52,632 bases of DNA from Oscillospiraceae bacterium (GTDB lineage: Bacteria; Bacillota; Clostridia; Oscillospirales; CAG-272). Shown piece after piece: positions 14,288 to 24,257 of this stretch (its first letter is position 1; each line of letters begins with the position of its first letter). The translations under genes were made by a program, and so were the position numbers. The stretch covers positions 1 through 52,632 of the forward strand of contig SVQS01000001.1 of the NCBI GenBank assembly GCA_015065205.1, written 5' to 3'. The notes under the pieces are model-generated. The model worked only from the letters and a program-made list of their open reading frames with translations, was not told the DNA's origin and did no database searches.

Positions 14288-15595
14288 TTATTGCAAATAA
14301 TCCTTAATACGGTCGGGAACATACTCCTGCAATGTAAGTGAACAGGTAATACTCTCGCCATCACGTTCAGCGACAATTGTAATAACATCCCCCACCTTGC
14401 ATTCATCAAGCAATTCCCCGATGTCGGCTGTCGTTTCGATTTCGGTACCATTTAGGGAAACGATGCGGTCTTTGTTTTTGAGTTCTGTAGTATACTTGGA
14501 TTCAACCACATATACTCCAATCTCTTCAATGCCATAGAGATAATAATACTGTGCTAAATTTGCCTGCGTTATATCTAAGAGTGTCAAGCCGTGATCAGTC
14601 ACGCCGCGTACGTATCCGTACTGCATCAAATCAAGCTGAACGGGATAAGCCGAATCGATGGGAATGGCAAATGCAAGCCCCTCAACTCCGCTGGCAGAAT
14701 ACTTGGAGTTGACAATGCCAATGAGTTCCCCTGCGAGATTGAATAAACCGCCGCCGGAGTTGCCCGAATTGATGGCTGTATCTGTTTGAAGAAGTGTCAT
14801 CTTGCTACCGTCGCTCATAGTAATCTCACGCTCGGTGGCACTAATATATCCAACCGTTACGGTTCCCCCAAGTGTGCCGAGTGGATTACCAATGGCAACC
14901 ACTTGCTCTCCTGCGATCAAATCGGCACTGTGTCCTTGAGCGGCATAGGTAAGTTCTTCTTTGGCTGCAATTTTAAGGACAGCAAGATCGCTTGCTGCGT
15001 CACTTCCAACCAAAACCGCATCATATGTGTTGTTGTTGCGCAAAGTGACCTTAACAGAGGTTGCACCGTCTATAACGTGATGACAAGTGAGCACATATCC
15101 GTCAGCGGAAATAATAACGCCACTGCCCGATCCGGTTTGCGTTGTGGGACGCCCCAAAACCGATGTTCCCGTAATGAGAACATCGATAACAACTACCGAA
15201 TCCTGTACTTTGCTGACAACGCCGGAAATTGCGAAGGCATCTTCACCTGCAGAACCGTATATGGATGGGTCGGATTCGGGACGGGAAAGCACGGATTCGG
15301 GGTCTTCGCAAAGTACATCTTGGGTTGTTGTGATTTCTTCTTCGCTAAACAGATAGAATCCGGCAAGATACATAGCTCCTACCGAACCGCCAAAGCCTGC
15401 CGCAAAGGAAAGAACAACACACAAAAGGACACCCAAAAAGGATAGCCCTCGTTGGGAGCGGCGAGAACGGCGTTGTTGGCGACGTTGCTTGCGGAGTTGC
15501 CTTTTTGTAAGGGAATAATTGGGTGTTTGCCCCCCTTCTCTCGTATAATCAAAATAAGGATTTTCGAATTGTGAATTTTGATCATTCATATTCAT
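14288..15595 (-). CDS. htrA: HtrA/DegP-type S1C serine protease with N-terminal membrane anchor and C-terminal PDZ
   Basis: Catalytic contexts LTCHHV, DLAVLKI and GNSGGGLFN, then a PDZ-like tail. An AAGGAGG RBS is present. Confidence 0.88.
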   Translation of the reverse strand: MNMNDQNSQFENPYFDYTREGGQTPNYSLTKRQLRKQRRQQRRSRRSQRGLSFLGVLLCVVLSFAAGFGGSVGAMYLAGFYLFSEEEITTTQDVLCEDPESVLSRPESDPSIYGSAGEDAFAISGVVSKVQDSVVVIDVLITGTSVLGRPTTQTGSGSGVIISADGYVLTCHHVIDGATSVKVTLRNNNTYDAVLVGSDAASDLAVLKIAAKEELTYAAQGHSADLIAGEQVVAIGNPLGTLGGTVTVGYISATEREITMSDGSKMTLLQTDTAINSGNSGGGLFNLAGELIGIVNSKYSASGVEGLAFAIPIDSAYPVQLDLMQYGYVRGVTDHGLTLLDITQANLAQYYYLYGIEEIGVYVVESKYTTELKNKDRIVSLNGTEIETTADIGELLDECKVGDVITIVAERDGESITCSLTLQEYVPDRIKDYLQ

Positions 15596-15705
15596 TAGTA
15601 CCTCCTTGTGTTTTAACCGTTTGGTTTTCTATCGCCATTTTAACGCCCAAATGTGATAAACACTTGACGAAGCAAGAAAAAAACATTGAAAAATGAGCGG
15701 ATATC

Positions 15706-15734
15706 TTGCTTTTTAAGTAATGTTTTGCTATAAT
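15706..15734 (+). promoter_or_regulatory. Candidate sigma70 promoter of the queG-like/addBA unit
   Basis: TTGCTT, a 17-nt spacer, then TGcTATAAT (TATAAT at 15729-15734). Confidence 0.55.
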
Positions 15735-15784
15735 AGTAGTGATATTAATTATATTATAGCACAAAATGTCGGAAAGAAAAAGAG

Positions 15785-16615
15785 ATGTTTGAAATTTTAT
15801 TAAATTTTTTACAAAAAAAGAATATCGACCTTGTGGGGGTTCTGCCGCTGTCTGATTGTAACGTGACGCGCCCCTATCTTTTGGAGCGCGTAAATATTTC
15901 AAGCGGCACTGTTTTTATGATGGCGATTCCCTATCGCACTCCTGCCTGCGATGACCCCAAACGATCGATCTCGGCTTATGCCGTCTCTCGTGATTACCAT
16001 CTCTTTTTTGCAAAGCTTTTTGATGAGTTGCTCCCCTATTTGGCAGAAAAATTCCCAAACAATCGTTTTGCTGCATTCGCCGACCACTCCCCTATTAGCG
16101 AGTTACACGCCGCCGTCCATGCAGGACTTGGCGTAATTGGCAAAAACGGATTGCTTTTGACCCCAAAATACGGTTCTTACGTCTTTTTGGGCGAGGTCAT
16201 TACCGATTTTGAAATCCCCTGCCGCGCACACGAGGTCAATTTCTGCGAGGATTGCGGTGCGTGCAAGAATGCTTGTCCCACAGCCTTGGCAGAAAAAAAT
16301 CTTTGCCTTTCCGCACTTTCGCAAAAGAAAGGCAAGCTAACCGAGGAGGAAGAGCGTATTCTTCTTTCGTCCAATACCGTTTGGGGATGTGACAGATGTC
16401 AGGAGTGCTGTCCCTACAATCATCGCGCTATGGCGACAGGTACGATTTATTCGCCCATTCCATTCTTTTATGAAAAACCGATTTCCTCACCCACCACGGA
16501 AGAAATTAAAAATATGTCGGACAAGGACTTTTCGGAACGTGCCTATTCCTGGCGCGGTCGTGAGACGATTTTGAGAAATTTGCGAATATGCGAGAAAGGA
16601 GACACACAATGCTGA
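15785..16615 (+). CDS. Epoxyqueuosine reductase (QueG)-like 4Fe-4S protein
   Basis: CEDCGACKNACPT and WGCDRCQECCPYN ferredoxin-type clusters follow a DUF1730-like N-terminus. It is shorter than the canonical QueG as I remember it. Confidence 0.7.
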   Translation: MFEILLNFLQKKNIDLVGVLPLSDCNVTRPYLLERVNISSGTVFMMAIPYRTPACDDPKRSISAYAVSRDYHLFFAKLFDELLPYLAEKFPNNRFAAFADHSPISELHAAVHAGLGVIGKNGLLLTPKYGSYVFLGEVITDFEIPCRAHEVNFCEDCGACKNACPTALAEKNLCLSALSQKKGKLTEEEERILLSSNTVWGCDRCQECCPYNHRAMATGTIYSPIPFFYEKPISSPTTEEIKNMSDKDFSERAYSWRGRETILRNLRICEKGDTQC

Positions 16616-19600
16616 AATTGATTTGCGGCCTTTCGGGTTCAGGCAAAACCGAGCAGATTAAAAAATGTATAGAAGCTGATGTTCGTGCAGGTGTGCGTTC
16701 CTTTTTGCTCATTCCCGAACAACAGGCATACATCAGCGAACGCGATTTAGCAGAAAAGCTCCCCAAAAATGCAGGATCGTTTTTTGAGGTCGTCAGTTTT
16801 TCGGGGCTTGCCGAAAAGGTCTTTTGCAAATACGGCGGTGTTACGGTTGAATCGGTCAGCGGTGCGGTATCCTCACTTTTGATGTGGCATACGCTCTCCA
16901 CCCTTTCCCCACTTTTGGAACAATACGGTAAAAGTGCCGAGGGAGATCTGACACTGACAAATCTGATGCTCTCGACAGTGGCAGAAATGCGTGCGGGTGG
17001 CGTGAGTGCACAAGCATTGGAAGATGCCGCCGCAAAAATGGAAGCAGGATCGGCTTTGCAAAAAAAGCTTTCGGATCTTGCGCTTATCGATGCCGCTTAT
17101 CACGCAAAAATTGAGGAGTGCTTTGGCACTGACCCCTCGGACAAGCTTTTGCGCCTTTCCGCTCTCTTGCAAAAACATAATTATTTTGAAAATTGCAATG
17201 TCTATATTGATTCCTTTACCAGCTTTACCGTGCCCGAATACGCGGTTCTGTTGCAAATTTTGAAGCAGGCAAATACTGTGATTGTTTCGCTTTGCACCGA
17301 CAGTGCAAACTCAAAACTGCCCCATTTTCTGTCGGTGAGTGATACTGCAAAACAGCTCTCGCACCTTGCCGACCGCGCTGACGTGACGGTTGAACATGTT
17401 ACACTTACGACAAAAAAAGAAAAGTCCTCTGCACTTTCTCTTGTTGAGGCAAATATTTGGCAATTTTCGGCAAGTCAGGTGCCCCTGGCCAATGATAATT
17501 CGGTGCGTTTGAGCGTTGCCTCCAACATCTATGATGAAGCCGAGGTCGCCGCCCTGCAGATTTGCGAATTGGTTGAGAACGGTATGCGTTACGGCGAGGT
17601 TGCCGTGGTGGTACGTGATCTGGATGCCTATCGCGGCATTCTTGATGCCGCACTCGAGAGACACAGTATTCCATATTTCTTCTCGGAAAGAACCGACCTT
17701 GCATCAAAACCGATCTTTCGTCTTATTCTTTCTGCGCTTCGCGCTGTGAGCCGCAATTACCGTCAAAGCGATATTATCACGTTGCTCAAAACAGGGCTTT
17801 GCGGAACGGAGTTGCGCGACTCTGCTATGTTTGAAGAATACGTAGAGACTTGGCACATTGGCGGCCGCCGCTTTTTGGACAACGTTTGGAGCATGAACCC
17901 CGATGGACTCACCACCGAACGCTCTCCTCGCGCTGACGAAATTTTGGATGCAGCAAATCGCGTTCGCCGTCAGTTGATGACACCGCTTTCCCGCCTTTCT
18001 GCATCTCTGCGTGCCTCTCGCCGACTGGAAGACCGTTGTCGCGCGCTTTACGACTATCTTTGCGAGATTGAACTGCCCTCTGTGCTGGCTTCTCGCGCAA
18101 AAGAAGAATTAGCACTCGGTCAGGTACGTGAAGCCGGTGAGAGCTTGCGTTTGTATTCTACCTTGCTGGATACCTTAACTACACTTTGCAGACTGCTCCC
18201 TGATTACGAGCTCTCGATTGAAGATTTTATTGCATCTTTGACTTTGGTATTCAGTAACGCTGACCTCGGCTCTGTTCCCACCACGCAAGACTGCGTTGTT
18301 ATCGGCTCTGCCGACACCTTACGTGTGGAAAACGTGCGCGCGTCTATTCTTTTGGGACTGTGCGAGGGAGAATTTCCCCGTGCGGTGAGTGATGATAGCA
18401 TTTTAACCGAGGCTGATAAGGAAACACTTGAAGAATACGGTGTCGTTTTGCAATCCCGCGAGCGTATGCGTTCCTCCGAGGAGTTATTTTACGTTTATCG
18501 CGCAATGAGCAAGCCGACCGAGTTTCTTTCTCTCTTTACACACGCAAAACAGACCGACGGTTCTGCTCGAACTCCATCCTTGGCATTCAATCGCGTGGCA
18601 TTTTTGCTTAACAAAAAGCCCGAAACAATTGATTTTGCCGAAATCCGACGCGCACGCGCGCTTCCCTCTGACGAGGAATTGACAAAAGATCTGCGAGCAC
18701 CTGCCGCCGAAGAACACGTGGCTTTGCGCCTCTCGCAATCCAAAATTCAAGCCTTTGTGCTTTGTCCTTACCGCTATTTTAGCACTTATTCTTTGAAATT
18801 GAGAGAAAGAAAAGACTCTCAACCCAATTATGCCGATGACGGCACATTTTTGCACTATGTATTTGAGCATTTTTTGCGTGCATCGCTTGGCGACGATGGC
18901 AAATTGGTACTTCCCTCACCCGAGGACGTCGAGCCCCTTGCCCACCGCATCATTGCCGACTATATTGGTGAAGTTTGCCCTTTCCCTGCCGAAAGCATGG
19001 ACAATCGCTTGCTTCACATTTATGCGCGTCTGCGCCGATTGGCACTGAAGATGTTACACGAAATTCTCGGAGAGATCCGCACGGGTCTCTTTGTTCCGAC
19101 CTACTTTGAAAAAGGCATTGGCACACGCGACGAGGGTAGCTTGCCCCCTGTGCGTTTGACACTTACAAACGGAAGCTCTGTTCTGCTCAGCGGTAAAATT
19201 GACCGCGTGGATATTTACGAATGTGATGAAAAGCTCTATTTCCGCGTTGTGGACTACAAGAGCGGAAAGCATACCTTCTCGCTTGATGAGGTACGCTCGG
19301 GAATGGATATTCAGCTCATTCTTTACCTGTTTGCACTCAAAGGCGCGATGCCAAATGCCACACCGGCAGGTGCGCAATATCTTTTTGCTTCTACCGAAAA
19401 GGGAGTGACCGAAATCAAGCGAAGCGGTCTGCTTCTTGATGATGAGGCTGTCTCTGCCGCCCTAAACGGAGAAAGCGAATCTGTTTACTCCAAGGGGCTG
19501 ACAAAGCAAACGATGGAAGAAATGCAACAGCTGCAAAATGAAATGCAGGATGCTGTTCTCTCGGTAGCCGAGCGTATTCTTGCAGGAGAGGCACAAAAAA

Positions 19601-19668
19601 CCCCTTCCGAAAAGGCCTGTGCCTTTTGCCCCGTTCGCGCGGACTGCAACCGCGCATATCACCGCTGA
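16609..19668 (+). CDS. addB: Helicase-exonuclease AddAB, subunit AddB
   Basis: N-terminal P-loop GLSGSGKT and a C-terminal PD-(D/E)xK region (DRVDIYE...VVDYKSG) with Fe-S cysteines (CPYRYF ... CAFCPVRADC). ATG 16609 has an AAAGGAG RBS and overlaps the upstream stop by 7 nt. Confidence 0.9.
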   Translation: MLKLICGLSGSGKTEQIKKCIEADVRAGVRSFLLIPEQQAYISERDLAEKLPKNAGSFFEVVSFSGLAEKVFCKYGGVTVESVSGAVSSLLMWHTLSTLSPLLEQYGKSAEGDLTLTNLMLSTVAEMRAGGVSAQALEDAAAKMEAGSALQKKLSDLALIDAAYHAKIEECFGTDPSDKLLRLSALLQKHNYFENCNVYIDSFTSFTVPEYAVLLQILKQANTVIVSLCTDSANSKLPHFLSVSDTAKQLSHLADRADVTVEHVTLTTKKEKSSALSLVEANIWQFSASQVPLANDNSVRLSVASNIYDEAEVAALQICELVENGMRYGEVAVVVRDLDAYRGILDAALERHSIPYFFSERTDLASKPIFRLILSALRAVSRNYRQSDIITLLKTGLCGTELRDSAMFEEYVETWHIGGRRFLDNVWSMNPDGLTTERSPRADEILDAANRVRRQLMTPLSRLSASLRASRRLEDRCRALYDYLCEIELPSVLASRAKEELALGQVREAGESLRLYSTLLDTLTTLCRLLPDYELSIEDFIASLTLVFSNADLGSVPTTQDCVVIGSADTLRVENVRASILLGLCEGEFPRAVSDDSILTEADKETLEEYGVVLQSRERMRSSEELFYVYRAMSKPTEFLSLFTHAKQTDGSARTPSLAFNRVAFLLNKKPETIDFAEIRRARALPSDEELTKDLRAPAAEEHVALRLSQSKIQAFVLCPYRYFSTYSLKLRERKDSQPNYADDGTFLHYVFEHFLRASLGDDGKLVLPSPEDVEPLAHRIIADYIGEVCPFPAESMDNRLLHIYARLRRLALKMLHEILGEIRTGLFVPTYFEKGIGTRDEGSLPPVRLTLTNGSSVLLSGKIDRVDIYECDEKLYFRVVDYKSGKHTFSLDEVRSGMDIQLILYLFALKGAMPNATPAGAQYLFASTEKGVTEIKRSGLLLDDEAVSAALNGESESVYSKGLTKQTMEEMQQLQNEMQDAVLSVAERILAGEAQKTPSEKACAFCPVRADCNRAYHR

Positions 19669-19682
19669 AAGGAGTTGATCTG

Positions 19683-22600
19683 ATGGGTAGAACCTGGACC
19701 CCCTCGCAAGAGGCCGCTATGCAAATTGACGGCAAAACCTTATTGGTATCTGCCGCCGCAGGCTCGGGTAAAACAAGTGTTTTGACCGAGCGTATCATTC
19801 GCAAACTGACTGATACCAAACACCCTGCCGATCTCTCCCGTATGCTGATCGTTACATTTACGCGTGCCGCCGCCGCCGAGCTCAAGGGCAGAATTGCAAA
19901 AGCCTTGACCGATGCGATGGCAATCGACCCCGAAAATACACATCTTTCGCGTCAGCTCTTTCTTCTTGGCAGTGCACAAATTTCCACCATCGATGCTTTC
20001 TTCCAAAAAGCAGTGCGTGCAAATTTTGAGCGTCTTTCACTCCCTGCTTCCTTCCGCATGGCGGATGAAGCCGAGGTGCTCCCCATTGCCGCCGAAATTA
20101 TGGATGGACTCTTGGAAGAATACTATGATCGGTATGCTCAAAGCACCACACAGGACTCTCCCTTTGCAAAGCTCACAAACAACCCCTTTGCCGAAACGCT
20201 TGACCACTTAATGTCAGGGCGCAGTGACGGCAAGCTTGGCGTTGTTTTGCGCGAGTTCCTCGCCCGTTTTTCGGCTGAGCCCGAGGGTGTTGGCGTTCTG
20301 GGACGATTTGCGAAGGAACTCAACGAGGCGGCAGATGCTGAATATTTCACTACCTCTTACGGCTCTGTTGTACGCAATTATCTGTCGGATCTATTTGAGG
20401 GATACATCTCTTTCTTGCAAAAAACTGAAGCACATCTTGAAGCCACTCCAGATATGTGTGCAAAATTTGCAGGTATTGTCGGCTCGGATCTTTCCTACTG
20501 CCTTGCAATGAAAAATGCCCTCGATGCAGGTGTTTATACGCGCGCACGAGAGGTGGCTTACACCTTTATCAGCGGTCGTTTTCCCACTTCAAAAGAAAAA
20601 ACGCGGGAAATTATCGCGTATCAGGAGTGGCGTAACAAATTCAAAAATGATATTACCAAACGCGTGCAGGAAGCGCTGAAATATCCTGCCGAGGTCATTT
20701 CGGAGCAAATGCGCCGTACCGCTCTGCCTGCCGAAATACTTTGGCGTTTTTATAGCGAATACACCGCTCGCTTGCTTGGAGAAAAGCTGGAGCGCGGATT
20801 GCTTGAATTTGATGACGTTCGCGCAATGCTTTACCGACTCCTCACCGATGAAAACGGCAATCCCACTCCCTTTGCCGAGGAGCTTTCCGCCTCTTATGAT
20901 GCCGTTTACATTGACGAGTATCAGGACGTGGACTATTTGCAAGACCGCATTTTCTCTCTTATTGGCAAGAACCGCCGATTTATGGTTGGCGACATTAAAC
21001 AAAGTATTTACGGCTTTCGTGGCAGTGAACCCTCGATTTTTGCAGGATACAGACGCGAAATGCCGCTCCATACAGCTCCCGAAGCCAAAAAAGCCGACGG
21101 TGTTTGCGTATTTATGTCGGATAACTTCCGTTGCGACAAGCCTGTCATTGACTTTGCAAACAAGGTTTGCTCTTTCCTTTTTTCTGCTTGTGAAAGCACC
21201 GTGGGGTACCGCCCGCAGGATGACCTTGTATGTTCAAAATCAACCGATGAAATCACCACTCCCGACCATCCCGTGCCTGTAACGCTTGCAGTATTTGATG
21301 CTCCGCCGCGCAAAAAGGCACGCACAGAGGACGAGGACGACGCCGAAGATGTGCGCGAGGAAGCCGTTTGGGTAGCCGCTGAGATTTCTCGTCTGCTACG
21401 TAAGGAAAAGCTTGATAACGGCTCACCGATTCGTCCATCGGATATTGCTATTTTGGTTCGAAACAAAAATCACGGCGCAACCTATACGGACGAGCTTGCA
21501 AAATTGGGTATTCCCGTGCTCTCCCCCACTTCTTCGGATATAACGCAAGACCCTCTGCTTTATGATATGCTCAATCTGCTCAAAAGTGTGGACAACCCGT
21601 GGCGCGATTTGCCACTCTCCGAGTTCTTGCTTTCCACACTTGGTGGATTTGACTTAGAGGAGCTCTGTGAGGTTCGCGCATCTTCCGAATCTTCAACCGC
21701 ACTTTATGACGGTCTTTTAACTGTGGCAGAAGATGAAAATCATCCTCTCTTTACCAAATGCGCCGCTATGATTCATTGGCTTGACGGGATGCGCCGTTTG
21801 GCTGATACGCAATCTGCTGACCGATTTTTGCGCCTGCTCTATCAAGATGACCGCGTGGCACATCTTTCGGATAAGCCCATACTGCTCTATCTTTACGAGC
21901 AAGCGCGCATCTATCAGAAAACCGCATTTTGCGGCCTTTACGGATTTCTCTCTCACTTCGCAAAGCTACTCGAGGGCGACAATCTCTCTGCCGAGGGCTT
22001 TGGTGCGGCAGAGGATGCCGTAACCGTGATGACGGTTCACCACTCCAAGGGGCTTGAATTCCCTGTTGTCTTCCTGTCTTCTACGGGCTCTCCCTTTAAC
22101 AAGGATGACATTAAGAAAAACCTACTTTATCACCGCGAGGTCGGCATTGCCTGCCGTCTTTATGACAAGGACACAGGCAACCTTGAGGACACCGCTCTGC
22201 GCGCCGCTCTTTGTCTGAAAGTAGATGAAGAACAGGTGGAAGAATCTATCCGCACACTCTATGTCGCACTTACCCGCGCACGTGAACGAATGTATGTCGG
22301 CGGTACGCTTTCGGGCAAATGGGAAACGGCTATGACAAATGCTTCTCTCATTCGTCGCGGCAATCGCGCATCCATTCTCGGCGCTTCCAATATGCTTTCC
22401 TGGATTCTGGCGGCACTCTATGAGGGTGGTTCCCTTTCCGATGACCTATCCTTGACGGTAGTGCATCCCTTCTTGGGGGATGTGGAACGTGGAGTCCCCT
22501 TATCTGTCGGCACGACTGTATCTGATGGTGAGGATAATTTCTCACCCGTTGCCGAACGTTATGCAGCAATTTATCGCGCAAAAGAGGAAATGCAATATCC

Positions 22601-23321
22601 CTACGCATTCTTGCAGGGACTTCCCACAAAGGTGGCGGCATCCAAGTTGAATGCTAATCTGTTGGATACGCTTCGCAACGAAGAAGATGAAGAAGAGGCA
22701 CTCGCGGCGCAAATTGAGCTTTTGCAAAGTGCAACACAGCCGTTTGACAGCCTTTTGCAAGCACAACAAAAGCCAAGTGCCACCGAGGTTGGTAGTGCTG
22801 TACACGCGTTTTTGCAATTCTGTGACTATGAACGGCTGATGGCAACATCACCCGAGAAAGAAGCAGAGCGTTTGGTCGCAGACGGCTTTATGAGCCGCCG
22901 CGCGGCAGATATTCTGCACTTTAGACAGCTCGAAGTCTTTTGCAAGAGTGATTTGATGGCACTGATTCAATCCGCCACAAAGGTAGAGCGCGAGTTGAAA
23001 TTTGGAATTCTCTCACCGATGCGAACACTTACGCAAAATGAAGCATTGGCAGAACAACTTGGCGAGGAATCCTTGTTTGTGCAAGGCTCGATAGACCTGC
23101 TTTTGACAATGCCCGACGGACGCCTGATTTTGGTAGACTACAAGACCGACCGCATCAGTGATGCGGAACGTGCCAATCCCGCTCTCCTTGCAAAACGCTT
23201 GACAGAGGCTCACGGGCATCAGCTATCGTGTTATGCCGAGGCTGTACGTGACCTTCTTGGTCGTGCACCTGACGAGATGCGTATCTATTCCCTGCCTTTA
23301 GGGGCAAGTGTGCAAATATAA
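19683..23321 (+). CDS. addA: ATP-dependent helicase/nuclease AddAB, subunit AddA (UvrD/Rep family plus C-terminal nuclease)
   Basis: Motifs AAAGSGKTSVL, TFTRAAAAELK, DEYQDV, TVHHSKGLEFPVVF and YVALTRARE, with a C-terminal GSIDLL...LVDYKTD nuclease motif. Confidence 0.93.
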   Translation: MGRTWTPSQEAAMQIDGKTLLVSAAAGSGKTSVLTERIIRKLTDTKHPADLSRMLIVTFTRAAAAELKGRIAKALTDAMAIDPENTHLSRQLFLLGSAQISTIDAFFQKAVRANFERLSLPASFRMADEAEVLPIAAEIMDGLLEEYYDRYAQSTTQDSPFAKLTNNPFAETLDHLMSGRSDGKLGVVLREFLARFSAEPEGVGVLGRFAKELNEAADAEYFTTSYGSVVRNYLSDLFEGYISFLQKTEAHLEATPDMCAKFAGIVGSDLSYCLAMKNALDAGVYTRAREVAYTFISGRFPTSKEKTREIIAYQEWRNKFKNDITKRVQEALKYPAEVISEQMRRTALPAEILWRFYSEYTARLLGEKLERGLLEFDDVRAMLYRLLTDENGNPTPFAEELSASYDAVYIDEYQDVDYLQDRIFSLIGKNRRFMVGDIKQSIYGFRGSEPSIFAGYRREMPLHTAPEAKKADGVCVFMSDNFRCDKPVIDFANKVCSFLFSACESTVGYRPQDDLVCSKSTDEITTPDHPVPVTLAVFDAPPRKKARTEDEDDAEDVREEAVWVAAEISRLLRKEKLDNGSPIRPSDIAILVRNKNHGATYTDELAKLGIPVLSPTSSDITQDPLLYDMLNLLKSVDNPWRDLPLSEFLLSTLGGFDLEELCEVRASSESSTALYDGLLTVAEDENHPLFTKCAAMIHWLDGMRRLADTQSADRFLRLLYQDDRVAHLSDKPILLYLYEQARIYQKTAFCGLYGFLSHFAKLLEGDNLSAEGFGAAEDAVTVMTVHHSKGLEFPVVFLSSTGSPFNKDDIKKNLLYHREVGIACRLYDKDTGNLEDTALRAALCLKVDEEQVEESIRTLYVALTRARERMYVGGTLSGKWETAMTNASLIRRGNRASILGASNMLSWILAALYEGGSLSDDLSLTVVHPFLGDVERGVPLSVGTTVSDGEDNFSPVAERYAAIYRAKEEMQYPYAFLQGLPTKVAASKLNANLLDTLRNEEDEEEALAAQIELLQSATQPFDSLLQAQQKPSATEVGSAVHAFLQFCDYERLMATSPEKEAERLVADGFMSRRAADILHFRQLEVFCKSDLMALIQSATKVERELKFGILSPMRTLTQNEALAEQLGEESLFVQGSIDLLLTMPDGRLILVDYKTDRISDAERANPALLAKRLTEAHGHQLSCYAEAVRDLLGRAPDEMRIYSLPLGASVQI

Positions 23322-23324
23322 TAT

Positions 23325-23367
23325 AAAAATGAGCAAGAACGAAAAATCTTTGTTCTTGCTCATTTTA
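23325..23367. terminator. Bidirectional terminator between addA and the LRR lipoprotein gene
   Basis: Arms atgagcaagaac / gttcttgctcat form a 12-bp perfect stem, with an A-run upstream and tttatta downstream. Confidence 0.85.
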
Positions 23368-24027
23368 TTATTTTTGCTTTGTTGCATATCCGTAGCTTTG
23401 TGCGTATTCCTCGGCATAGGAGCCTTGTTGACACAGAAAAGTAAGCTTGGCGTTGCAGTTTTCAAACGCACCGTACTCGATTTTGGAAATGCTTACAGGA
23501 ACCTCTACCTCACACAAGGCTATACAGCCACGGAAAGCGAACCAACCGATGCTCTTAAGGCTTTTTGGGAAAATAACCTTTTCTAAGGTCAGATTGTTCT
23601 CAAATGCGGTATCGGCAATGTGTGTTACAGGACAACCTCCGATTTCATCAGGGACCGAGACGACCTTCTCATTTCCAACATAGGCAACAATAATGATTTT
23701 GCCATCCTTTGTGGTATACTGAAAATCAGACGGCGGTGCGGCCTCGGGAACACCCAAGGCGATCTCCAACTCCTCGATGCGTGATTCATATTCCACGCGT
23801 GCGGATGCGTGTGCATCTTTGAGGGAAAGAATCTCTTTTTGTAATTCCACCACAAGAGTTTGATAATACTCGGCTCTTGCCTCGGCAGCATCGAGGGCGA
23901 TTTTGTCAAGGGGATTGGATGTATCGGTGGGTGTGGTGGGCACTTGGGGCTCTTCTTCCCCATTCCCATTTGCGCATCCGCAAAAAAGCAAACACAAGAG
24001 CAAGCAAGCAACAATCAGTTTTTTCAT
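23368..24027 (-). CDS. Lipoprotein with coiled-coil segment and BspA-type leucine-rich repeats
   Basis: MKKLIVACLLLCLLFCGC lipobox and an AAAGGAGAAGG RBS at ATG 24027. The C-terminus (IADTAFENNLTLEKVIFPKSLKSIGWFAFRGCIALCEVEVP) is LRR_5-like. Confidence 0.8.
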   Translation of the reverse strand: MKKLIVACLLLCLLFCGCANGNGEEEPQVPTTPTDTSNPLDKIALDAAEARAEYYQTLVVELQKEILSLKDAHASARVEYESRIEELEIALGVPEAAPPSDFQYTTKDGKIIIVAYVGNEKVVSVPDEIGGCPVTHIADTAFENNLTLEKVIFPKSLKSIGWFAFRGCIALCEVEVPVSISKIEYGAFENCNAKLTFLCQQGSYAEEYAQSYGYATKQK

Positions 24028-24138
24028 AATCCTTCTCCTTTGATGTAGGGTTGTCCTCATCATATCACATATTGCGTGTCGAATCCAAGTGAAATAGGAG
24101 ACCTTAAAAAAATAATGTGCAAAAAAAGAAAAAAACCC

Positions 24139-24167
24139 TTGACTTTTGGCTTTTGATAAGATATAAT
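24139..24167 (+). promoter_or_regulatory. Sigma70 promoter of tRNA(CAU)
   Basis: TTGACT (24139-24144), a 17-nt spacer, then TATAAT (24162-24167). Confidence 0.8.
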
Positions 24168-24180
24168 ATAAAAGGCCAAC

Positions 24181-24257
24181 GGACCATTAGCTCAGTTGGT
24201 TAGAGCCACCGGCTCATAACCGGTCGGTCCAAGGTTCGAGTCCTTGATGGTCCACCA
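24181..24257 (+). tRNA. Elongator-type tRNA with CAU anticodon (tRNA-Met, or lysidine-modified tRNA-Ile2), CCA encoded
   Basis: 77-nt cloverleaf. Acceptor ggaccat/atggtcc, anticodon arm accgg-ctCATaa-ccggt, T arm caagg-ttcgagt-ccttg. G1-C72 and the lack of a GGG/CCC anticodon stem argue against an initiator. Confidence 0.93.

Noticed and set aside
14786-15445. 219-aa plus-strand ORF
   Set aside because: It is antisense to the htrA-like protease gene.
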